In this document: positions 18,346 through 26,089 of the stretch, piece by piece
Numbering within the stretch: position 1 is the first letter of the stretch
Layout of the letters: each line of letters begins with the position of its first letter
Sequence record: SRR2962707_1517
DNA: 40,026 bases
Direction: 5' to 3' (one strand)
Translations under genes and position numbers: made by a program
Notes under the pieces: model-generated
What the model was told of the DNA's origin: nothing
The model's database searches: none
The model's input: only the letters and a program-made list of their open reading frames with translations

Positions 18346-19665
18346 ATGATGCCGTGGTATGAAGCAGCCGGCCTGATGGTCGGCGGCCTGTTGTTCCTGA
18401 TGCTTTTCGGAACGCCGGTGGCGATCGCGTTCCTCGCCATCAATGTTGTCGGTGTCTATCTGTTCATGGGCGGTCTGGTTGGCGTCGACCAACTGGTTGC
18501 CAACGCCACCACCTCAGTCACCAGCTTTGCGCTGGTGCCTGTCCCGCTGTTCCTGATCATGGGCGAGTTGCTGTTTCACACAGGCCTTGCCGTGCGGGTG
18601 TTCGATGCGCTCGACAAGTGCTTCGGCGGCATCAAGGGACGGCTGTCCTACCTGACGGTTGGTGGCGGCACCATATTTGCCACCCTGTCCGGCTCGTCGA
18701 TGGCCAATACGGCGATGCTCGGCACCACGCTGATGCCCGACATGATCAAGCGCGGCTACAAGCCGAAGATGATCATGGGGCCGATCCTGGCGACCGGTGG
18801 TCTGGCGATGATCATTCCGCCATCCTCGCTGGCGGTGCTGCTGGGTTCGCTGGCGCGGATCGATGTCGGCGCACTGCTGATTGCGGGACTGGTGCCCGGG
18901 TTGGTGCTGGCGCTGATGTTTGCGGCGACGATCCGGCTACAGATCGCGCTCGATCCCGATGCCGCGCCCGGCTACGCCGCCGAGCGCGCCACATTCGGCG
19001 AAATAATCTACGCCATTACCACCGACATTCTGCCAATGGGCCTTGTCATCTTCGCAGCGGTCGGCCTGATCCTGCTCGGCTGGGCGACGCCGACGGAATC
19101 GGCGGCATTCGGCACGCTGGCAGTCGCTATCCTGGCGGCAATTTACGGGAAGCTGACCTGGGCGGCGATCATTGCGGCGATGAAAGGCACGCTCATGGTC
19201 TCGGCCATGATGCTGATGATCATTGTTGGTTCCACCACTTTCTCGCAGATCCTGGCCTTCTCCGGGGCGTCAACCGGGCTGATCTCCTACGCCATGAGCT
19301 TCGATTTCGGCTTCTATGCCATTCTGGCACTGATGTTCCTCGTGCTCATCATTCTCGGCATGTTCATGGATCAGCTCTCGATCATGATGCTGACACTGCC
19401 GATCTTCATGCCGCTTGCCTCCAGCTATGGCTTCGATCCGATCTGGTTCGGCGTGATCATGCTGCTGGCGCTGGAGCTGAGCCTTGCGACGCCACCCTTC
19501 GGACTGTTGCTGTTTGTCATGGTGGGTGTCAGCCCGCCCGGCACCACCATCGGTCAGGTGGCCTGGGCTGCGGCGCCCTATATCGCCTGCACGCTATTGC
19601 TGGTGCTTATTCTTGCAGTGTTCCCGGAGCTGGCGCTTTGGCTGCCGGGTTTGATGAGGAGTTAG
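18346..19665 (+). CDS. dctM: TRAP transporter large permease DctM
   Basis: VPLFLIMGELL, SGSSMA, IIPPS, ATPTES, DPIWFGV, TPPFGLLLFV. Confidence 0.94.
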   Translation: MMPWYEAAGLMVGGLLFLMLFGTPVAIAFLAINVVGVYLFMGGLVGVDQLVANATTSVTSFALVPVPLFLIMGELLFHTGLAVRVFDALDKCFGGIKGRLSYLTVGGGTIFATLSGSSMANTAMLGTTLMPDMIKRGYKPKMIMGPILATGGLAMIIPPSSLAVLLGSLARIDVGALLIAGLVPGLVLALMFAATIRLQIALDPDAAPGYAAERATFGEIIYAITTDILPMGLVIFAAVGLILLGWATPTESAAFGTLAVAILAAIYGKLTWAAIIAAMKGTLMVSAMMLMIIVGSTTFSQILAFSGASTGLISYAMSFDFGFYAILALMFLVLIILGMFMDQLSIMMLTLPIFMPLASSYGFDPIWFGVIMLLALELSLATPPFGLLLFVMVGVSPPGTTIGQVAWAAAPYIACTLLLVLILAVFPELALWLPGLMRS

Positions 19666-19668
19666 ATC

Positions 19669-20442
19669 ATGAAGATCTGGTATCAGAGCTATGTCGATTA
19701 CGAGCACGGCGCCGAGTACTGGGATGAGTTGCGCAAGCATCTCGACAAGATCGTCGAGCCCGGCACCCAGATCGACATCAAGGGCATCACTCCGCACAAC
19801 AATTATGCCCATGCCATTGTCGAATTCCGCTGCGCCCGTGAGGTGATCTGCAACGCTGTGAAGGCCGAGCGCGAAGGCTATGATGCCTTTATCATCGGGC
19901 ATTTTCAGGATGCGGGGCTTTATGAAGCTCGTTCCGTGGTCGACATTCCAGTGCTCGGCATGGGCGAGGCGTCGATGCTGCATTCCTGCCAGCTAGGTCA
20001 GCGCTCGGGTATCGTCACCATCAACCGCCGTTTCATTCCGTGGTTCCATCACCAGATCGGCAAATACGGGTTGAAAGAGCGTGTCACAGGGGTTCACGCC
20101 ATGGACTTCGAGCCGGGCCAGATCCTCTCGGCCTTTGGCTCGGATGACCGGCTGGAAGAGGTCCGAGCGCTGTTTGAGGCGCAGGCGAAGCCGTTGGTTG
20201 AACAGGGTGTGGATGTGTTGATCCCGGGCGGCGGCATTCCGATGCTGCTGTTCTCGCAGCTCAATGATCACCGCGTTGATGGCGCACCGGTGATCAACGG
20301 CATCCCCATTGTCGTCAAGATGGCAGAAATGGCTGTGCGCCTGCGCGAACTGACCGGGCTCGGCATCAGCCGTACCTCCGATTACGTCAAGCCGCCGCTC
20401 GAGATCATCGAGGAATTCATGGCCCACCCTAAAGGGCTTTGA
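19669..20442 (+). CDS. Asp/Glu/hydantoin racemase-fold protein with non-canonical active site
   Basis: AEREGYDAFIIGHFQDAGLYEARSVVDIPVLGMGEAS and GVDVLIPGGG...PVING...VKMAEMAV follow the hydantoin racemase pattern. GAGGAG RBS. Confidence 0.85.
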   Translation: MKIWYQSYVDYEHGAEYWDELRKHLDKIVEPGTQIDIKGITPHNNYAHAIVEFRCAREVICNAVKAEREGYDAFIIGHFQDAGLYEARSVVDIPVLGMGEASMLHSCQLGQRSGIVTINRRFIPWFHHQIGKYGLKERVTGVHAMDFEPGQILSAFGSDDRLEEVRALFEAQAKPLVEQGVDVLIPGGGIPMLLFSQLNDHRVDGAPVINGIPIVVKMAEMAVRLRELTGLGISRTSDYVKPPLEIIEEFMAHPKGL

Positions 20443-20527
20443 AAAACGTAGGCCAATCCCTTGCACCCGTCGGGGGCAATCCATTGGATGCCGGAAAATG
20501 GAGCTTCGGTTCCTCTGAGGAATGGGA

Positions 20528-20950
20528 TCAGGCCCTGTCGGCTGGTATGTTTTGCGAGAGCGGAAGGGCCCCGCCTCTTGCGTGAATGTTGCTCATGGCG
20601 ACCCGATCGACCAATCTATGGAGAATGTCTGTCAATTCATCGAAGTCGACCGGTTTGGAGATGCAGGTTGCTGCACCCGATATCTCGACAGGTATGGTCG
20701 ATGACCCGCCGCCAAACATGACAACCGGAATCCCCGAACGACGAAGCCCGGACACGAATTTCATGTCGAGAGGGTCGGGGTGCCTGAAATCGAACACCGC
20801 AGCATCGATATCTTGTCGAATTGAACAGAGGGCATAATCGCCCCGGGTTCTTGGTGAAACCGTAAAGCCGCGGCCCTCCAGCTCATAAAGCAGGTCGACA
20901 AGAAGCATCGGTTCGTCCGAGACAATCAGGATTTTTGGGCTCTCATTCAT
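20528..20950 (-). CDS. Single-domain response regulator (REC), atypical
   Basis: KILIVSDE, AAVFD (phosphoacceptor position), IPVVMFG, ISKP. AAGGAG RBS before ATG 20950. Confidence 0.75.
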   Translation of the reverse strand: MNESPKILIVSDEPMLLVDLLYELEGRGFTVSPRTRGDYALCSIRQDIDAAVFDFRHPDPLDMKFVSGLRRSGIPVVMFGGGSSTIPVEISGAATCISKPVDFDELTDILHRLVDRVAMSNIHARGGALPLSQNIPADRA

Positions 20951-21169
20951 ATGCACTCCTTAAAGGCTGCCACTTCGAAAATGCATGGCCAAAGTGCCGC
21001 TGATCGAACGCCGCAGGCGTATGACAGACAATGATACGAATAGAGCTCTGGATAAAGGCCACGGTTGCGCCGGGTGCATACACCACGTCGATGGCGTGCA
21101 ATGAGCCTCTTGCAATCTGTACATCAATTACTAACATAATGGCGGAAGCAGGGTTTTTGGGTCTACGAC

Positions 21170-21388
21170 ATGTATCGTGAAAGAAATGAGCGCCTGCAGA
21201 TCATGCTGTCGCCTGAGGAACTCAGCGCCATCGACGACTGGCGGTTTCAGCAGAGGATGCCGAGCAGAGCTTCGGCTGTACGCGAGTTGTTACGCCGCGG
21301 CTTGCAAGCCGAAGGCGTTGAAATTGCCGAATCCCATGAAAAATCAAGTGATTTTGGTGTCCTCGAGAAGCGTGGCGAGGGCGAATAA
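21170..21388 (+). CDS. Small ribbon-helix-helix (CopG-like) putative DNA-binding protein
   Basis: ERLQIMLSPEELSAIDDWRFQQRMPSRASAVRELLRRGL has the beta-strand/helix/SR-helix RHH pattern. Confidence 0.72.
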   Translation: MYRERNERLQIMLSPEELSAIDDWRFQQRMPSRASAVRELLRRGLQAEGVEIAESHEKSSDFGVLEKRGEGE

Positions 21389-21504
21389 ACCCTCGCAGTG
21401 CAGCGTGATAAGCGGTCTCCACCTGCCTTCAGGCTGGTAGATCAGATTCCGGCCTATTATCGGCCGGTGGCTCCAAGTCCCTCAGTGTCTCCTTAGAATC
21501 TGCT

Positions 21505-21529
21505 GGAACAAACCGTCTGGCACGACGTT
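21505..21529 (+). promoter_or_regulatory. EcfG (RpoE2/SigT) general stress response promoter of katE
   Basis: GGAAC-N16-CGTT, about 80 bp upstream of the katE ATG. Confidence 0.8.
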
Positions 21530-21608
21530 ATTCGTGCTGGATGTGGGTATGCCTGTACCTCCCGGTACGACAGCCACTTCCGTTTTTCAGCAGGATTTGG
21601 AGAACGTC

Positions 21609-23720
21609 ATGGCGAAGAAAAACAGCGGTCAATCACAATCGGCGACTATCGGAGATCAGAAGTTACTGCGTGGGACCGGAGGAGAGCTGCACCAGACTGC
21701 CGGCGGCGACATTCCGACCCTGACAACACAGCAGGGTACTCCGGTTGCGGATGATCAGAACTCACTGAAAGCCGGACAACGCGGACCCACCCTCGTCGAA
21801 GATCAGCATTTCCGCGAAAAGATCTTCCATTTTGACCATGAGCGTATTCCCGAGCGTGTTGTTCATGCGCGCGGTTTTGGAGCCCACGGCTTTTTCGAAA
21901 CCTACGAATCGCTCTCGGACATTACCCGCGCGGACATTTTTCAGCGCAAAGGCGAGAAGACCGAACTGTTCGCCCGGTTTTCTACTGTTGCCGGGAACAA
22001 GGGCTCACCTGACCTGGCCCGCGACGTGCGCGGATTTGCGGTGAAATTCTACACCAAGGAAGGCAACTGGGATCTGGTTGGCAACAACATCCCGGTGTTC
22101 TTCATTCAGGACGCGATCAAGTTTCCCGACCTGATCCATTCAGCCAAGCAGGAGCCGGATCGCGGCTTCCCGCAGGCCCAGACGGCGCATGACAATTTCT
22201 GGGACTTCATTTCGCTGACGCCGGAGTCGATCAACATGGCGCTGTGGATCATGTCCGACCGCACCATCCCGCGCTCGCTGCGGTTCATGGAAGGGTTCGG
22301 CGTCCATACTTTCCGCATGGTCAACGCTGAAGGCAAATCGAGCTTCGTGAAGTTCCACTGGAAGCCGAAGCAGGGACTGCAGTCGGTAGTCTGGAACGAG
22401 GCGCTGAAATTGAATGGCGCCGATCCCGATTTCCACCGCCGCGACATGTGGGATTCCATCCAGATGGGCGACTACCCGGAATGGGAACTCGGGCTGCAGG
22501 TGTTTGATGACAAGTTTGCCGAAGAGTTCGAGTTCGACGTGCTTGACCCGACCAAGATCATCCCGGAGGAACAGGTCCCTGTGAGGATCGTTGGCCGGAT
22601 GGTTCTCAATCGCTGTGTCGACAATTTCTTTGCCGAGACCGAGCAGGTCGCTTTCCAGACAGGCAATCTGGTTCCAGGCATCGACTTTACCAACGATCCG
22701 CTTTTGCAGGGTCGCAACTTCTCCTATCTCGACACCCAGTTGAGCCGTCTCGGATCGACCAACTTCAACCATTTGCCGATCAACGCGCCACGCTGCCCGT
22801 TCCATCATTTCCAGCAGGACGGCCACATGGCCTTCCACAATCCGAAGGGACGGGCGAACTACGAACCCAATTCCTGGGGCAAGGATGGCGGTCCGCGTGA
22901 GAACCCGGAAAAGGGGTTCCAGTCCTATCCCGAAGATCTGGAAGGCGCAAAAGGCCGATACCGATCGGAGACGTTTGCCGATCATTATAGCCAGGCGCGG
23001 CAGTTCTACCTCTCGCAGACGCCCGTCGAGCAGGGCCATATCGCCGACGCTTTTGTCTTCGAGTTGTCAAAGGTGCAAACAACGGCCATCCGGGAACGTA
23101 TGGTTTCGCATTTGCTCAATGTTGAGGAGGATCTCGCCAAACAGGTTGCCGAGGGGCTGCGGCTGAAGTCGATGCCGAAGCCGGCGGACGCGGCGCGGCC
23201 GACGGTCACTGATCTGAAGGTTTCGGAAAAGCTATCCATCGTCCTCAACCGTCCGGGCAGCTTCAAGGGGCGGAAGCTTGGTGCGCTGGTTACCGACGGC
23301 GTGGACATAGATTTGGTGACTGCGCTCAAGAGCGCCATCGAGACCGAAGGTGCGCAGATCGAGTTCATCGCGCCGCAGGTCGGCGGCGTCGAAGCCAGTG
23401 ACGGTACCTGGATTGAAGCAGACGAAAAAATCGATGGTGGTCCGTCGCTTCTCTATGACGCGGTTGTCATTCTGGCGTCGAAAGACGGGGCATCTCAGCT
23501 TGCCAAACTGCCGCCGGCCCGTGACTTCGCCGCCGATGCCTTCGCGCATTGCAAGTTCATCGGTTACACTGAAGAGGTGCAGCCTTTGCTTGAGAAGGCC
23601 GGCATCTGGGCCGATCTCGACGACGGTTGCAAGGCGCTGTCGAAGAAGAGCGATGGCAAGGCATTCGTCGCGATGTGCCGCGACCTTCGCTTCTGGGAGC
23701 GCGAGGAAAAGCTCGGCTAG
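21609..23720 (+). CDS. katE: Monofunctional large-subunit catalase HPII
   Basis: [15 protein letters not shown] (distal His), [23 protein letters not shown] (proximal Tyr), C-terminal GATase/DJ-1-like domain. GGAGA RBS before MAKK. Confidence 0.96.
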   Translation: MAKKNSGQSQSATIGDQKLLRGTGGELHQTAGGDIPTLTTQQGTPVADDQNSLKAGQRGPTLVEDQHFREKIFHFDHERIPERVVHARGFGAHGFFETYESLSDITRADIFQRKGEKTELFARFSTVAGNKGSPDLARDVRGFAVKFYTKEGNWDLVGNNIPVFFIQDAIKFPDLIHSAKQEPDRGFPQAQTAHDNFWDFISLTPESINMALWIMSDRTIPRSLRFMEGFGVHTFRMVNAEGKSSFVKFHWKPKQGLQSVVWNEALKLNGADPDFHRRDMWDSIQMGDYPEWELGLQVFDDKFAEEFEFDVLDPTKIIPEEQVPVRIVGRMVLNRCVDNFFAETEQVAFQTGNLVPGIDFTNDPLLQGRNFSYLDTQLSRLGSTNFNHLPINAPRCPFHHFQQDGHMAFHNPKGRANYEPNSWGKDGGPRENPEKGFQSYPEDLEGAKGRYRSETFADHYSQARQFYLSQTPVEQGHIADAFVFELSKVQTTAIRERMVSHLLNVEEDLAKQVAEGLRLKSMPKPADAARPTVTDLKVSEKLSIVLNRPGSFKGRKLGALVTDGVDIDLVTALKSAIETEGAQIEFIAPQVGGVEASDGTWIEADEKIDGGPSLLYDAVVILASKDGASQLAKLPPARDFAADAFAHCKFIGYTEEVQPLLEKAGIWADLDDGCKALSKKSDGKAFVAMCRDLRFWEREEKLG

Positions 23721-23743
23721 ACTAGCGCTGCCTGCACGATACG

Positions 23744-23774
23744 AAAGAGCCCGCTCAATGGCGGGCTCTTTTTT
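23744..23774 (+). terminator. Intrinsic terminator after katE, probably bidirectional
   Basis: AAAGAGCCCGC-TCAATG-GCGGGCTCTTTTTT. Confidence 0.88.
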
Positions 23775-23797
23775 GGAACTGGTTATGGGTGCGAAGC

Positions 23798-24151
23798 TCA
23801 GGCATCGCGGACAAGGCCGCGCGGGCCGAGCACACCCTCATCGTCTTCAAGAGTGACGTGGTAGAGCTTGTCGTCGCGAAAGGCGCTGGCGAAATCCGTG
23901 GTGGTTCCATCACCCGGCTTGGCATCGATATCGAGAAAGTCGATTTCGGCTTCGGCCGCGACAACGCGGGCGTCGGCCGGAGAAAGTGCCCGAACCCTGA
24001 CCACACCATGATTGGGTGCATTGTCCCATCGCGGATCGTCCGGCCTCGTGTTGGGTTCAAGCCGGTAGATGTTGAGCTTTTCGGCTGGTTGTTCAGGGGC
24101 GACAGGGTCGCCGAGGGTGCCAACGCTTGGTTGGGCGATGAAATCAGTCAT
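23798..24151 (-). CDS. Hypothetical acidic protein, probably general-stress induced
   Basis: 117-aa ORF with GAAGGA RBS, own EcfG-like promoter and a shared terminator; no family recognised. Alternative start at 24160. Confidence 0.65.
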   Translation of the reverse strand: MTDFIAQPSVGTLGDPVAPEQPAEKLNIYRLEPNTRPDDPRWDNAPNHGVVRVRALSPADARVVAAEAEIDFLDIDAKPGDGTTTDFASAFRDDKLYHVTLEDDEGVLGPRGLVRDA

Positions 24152-24191
24152 GGTTCGCATTCCTTCTCTCGGTTGTTGCCAATGAGAGGAA

Positions 24192-24216
24192 AACGGTCGA
24201 GACGCAATTTGGTTGC
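24192..24216 (-). promoter_or_regulatory. EcfG-like promoter of the hypothetical gene
   Basis: Minus strand GCAAC-N16-CGTT (one mismatch to GGAAC), 40 bp upstream of the ATG. Confidence 0.62.
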
Positions 24217-24223
24217 GGGCCTG

Positions 24224-25255
24224 TTATGCGGAACCGCGCATCACGAGCTTGCCGTCAAACAGTGTCACCGTCCGAGACATGCCGTGCTGTTCGGACTCAA
24301 TCAGGCCGAACAGGGTTTCGGCGCTTTTGGCAGCGATCGATGTATAATCCTGTGAAACGGTTGTCAGCGTCGGGCAGGTGTAGCGGGAGAAGGGATGGTC
24401 ATCGTGACCGGCAATGCGCAGGGCGCAATTGGGTCCGAGCCCAACCCGCAGTCCGAGTTGATAGGCAGCGGACAGAAGGCCGATCGCCAGCCGATCGTTG
24501 CTGCACAGAATGGTGTCGGTTGGAAGTGTGCGCTCTGTTATGATCCGGGATCCTTCCCGGAAACCGATTTCCTCGAAATCCCAACCGTCGCCCTCGGCCT
24601 GCACCAGATTTGGTTCATGGCCAAGCCGGTTCATCGACTTGATGTAGGCGGTTCGACGTTTGATGGCGTTCGGATTGGGCGGGGTGCGCATCTCGAAGAA
24701 TGACGGCGGTTGCCCGGTTCTGCACAGATAATCGACAATGAGACCAATGCTCTGCTCATTGTCCGAGCCGATGAAGGCCTCACCGACATTCTCGATGTTT
24801 GCGTCAAACAGCACAGTGGGCACTTCCTTGCAGAAGGCGGCAATGCGGTCAGGGTCCGAGACTCGTCCAAGCGGGCCAAGCAAGACACCCGCAGGTTTGA
24901 TCAGGCGCAGATTGTTGAGGTTCTCGATCTCCTGCTCGGGGTCGCCATGTGATCCGAGCACGATCGGACGAAACCCTGCCTCGATCACATGGTTTTCGAT
25001 ATTCCGGGCAATCTCGGCAAAGAAGGGGTCGGCCATATAGGGGATGACGATCCCCACATTCTTGGTCAGCCGCCGGTTCTGGTTCATTGCATAGAAATTC
25101 GGCCTGTAGTCATATTGCTCCAGCGCTTTCTCAATGCGGGCTCTTGTGGATTTGCGGACGCTGTCGGGATCATTGAAATATTTGGAAATCGTAGGACGTG
25201 AAATACCGCTCACGGATGCGAAATCGTCCATGTTCTTGATCTTCGTATCACTCAT
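24224..25255 (-). CDS. LacI family transcriptional regulator
   Basis: MDDFASVSGISRPTISKYFN HTH, YRPNFYA hinge, DPFFAEI, CSNDRLAIG, GHDD, PTLTTVSQD. Confidence 0.93.
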   Translation of the reverse strand: MSDTKIKNMDDFASVSGISRPTISKYFNDPDSVRKSTRARIEKALEQYDYRPNFYAMNQNRRLTKNVGIVIPYMADPFFAEIARNIENHVIEAGFRPIVLGSHGDPEQEIENLNNLRLIKPAGVLLGPLGRVSDPDRIAAFCKEVPTVLFDANIENVGEAFIGSDNEQSIGLIVDYLCRTGQPPSFFEMRTPPNPNAIKRRTAYIKSMNRLGHEPNLVQAEGDGWDFEEIGFREGSRIITERTLPTDTILCSNDRLAIGLLSAAYQLGLRVGLGPNCALRIAGHDDHPFSRYTCPTLTTVSQDYTSIAAKSAETLFGLIESEQHGMSRTVTLFDGKLVMRGSA

Positions 25256-25470
25256 CCACAAACGCCTTGTTCAATTCTGCACGGGAAGTTTCGACGGCCG
25301 CCAATTCCACGTTGTGCCAAAGGCCGCAGTGTAGTTATCGCGCGTCAAATTTACCAGCGATCTGAAATGTCTTGTGTGGAAAATGGATGCGAGCCGTGGA
25401 TATCGAGGCCTCGGGATCCCAACGAAACCGGGCCCCTTGTGTGGTGTGCAGCGAAGATCGTTGGCAAAAC

Positions 25471-25956
25471 CTAGTACGTCGAGCCCGGCAGGTTGGTTTC
25501 GGAGCAAAGCGACGGGGGCTTTGGCGCCAGTTGCAAAATGGCCTCCAAACCACAATTGCCGCGGACAAGGTCATCGAGCGTGACCATGTCCAGCTCATGG
25601 TAAAACGCTTCCACCGCGCGTTTGATGAAGCCGCGCAGCCGACAGGTATCGGTCAGTGGGCAGGTGTTGTCTTCACCCGCAAAGCACTCGGCAAAGGGCA
25701 CGCTGGATTCGAAAATGCGAAAGACTTTCCCAATGCTGATGTCGCGTGGCCTGAGGCCAAGCCGCAAGCCACCGGCGCGCCCGCGCAGGGTCTCGACGAA
25801 ACCATGCTGCTGTAGCTGGTGAATAACATGCCCCAAATGGTTGCCTGATGCATTGCAGGCCTTGGCAATGTCGGAAGATTTGACAAGCTTGCCTTCATGG
25901 ACGGCACAGAACATCAGAACACGTGAGGCAAGATTGGTTCTGGTTGTCAGACGCAT
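25471..25956 (-). CDS. Rrf2 family Fe-S transcriptional regulator (NsrR/RirA-like)
   Basis: MRLTTRTNLASRVLMFCA, VETLRGRAGGLRL wing, three cysteines in AECFAGEDNTCPLTDTCRL. Confidence 0.9.
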   Translation of the reverse strand: MRLTTRTNLASRVLMFCAVHEGKLVKSSDIAKACNASGNHLGHVIHQLQQHGFVETLRGRAGGLRLGLRPRDISIGKVFRIFESSVPFAECFAGEDNTCPLTDTCRLRGFIKRAVEAFYHELDMVTLDDLVRGNCGLEAILQLAPKPPSLCSETNLPGSTY

Positions 25957-26015
25957 GGCGCAGTTCCCGTGTCATTGCTAGACAGACAAAATAGACTGCA
26001 ACGATCAGGCCGGAG

Positions 26016-26029
26016 TTGATTCAGATCAC
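26016..26029. promoter_or_regulatory. FNR/FixK-type box upstream of cydD
   Basis: TTGAT-TCAG-ATCAC (9/10 to TTGAT-N4-ATCAA). Confidence 0.7.
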
Positions 26030-26052
26030 TCGGGCGCTTGTTGGGAGCAGAT

Positions 26053-26075
26053 AATACGCATCCTGGAAACAACTT
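26053..26075. promoter_or_regulatory. Possible Rrf2/NsrR-like operator upstream of cydD
   Basis: AATACGCATCC-T-GGAAACAACTT, a degenerate 11-1-11 match to AAGATGCATTT-N-AAATGCATCTT, related to the site at 29451. Confidence 0.45.
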
Positions 26076-26089
26076 TGCAGGCCAACACA

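Noticed and set aside
18618-19727. 369-aa alternative-frame ORF within dctM (similar cases at 28464-29489 and 30234-31310)
   Set aside because: Off-frame or antisense products of well-supported membrane protein genes; no motifs.
23789-24355. 188-aa plus-strand ORF after katE
   Set aside because: Starts just past a strong terminator, overlaps the lacI 3' end, and the opposite-strand ORF has the RBS and promoter.
25471-25956. Naming the Rrf2 gene nsrR or rirA
   Set aside because: The recognition helix (SGNHLGHVI) differs from RirA, and orthology with NsrR cannot be established without a phylogeny.
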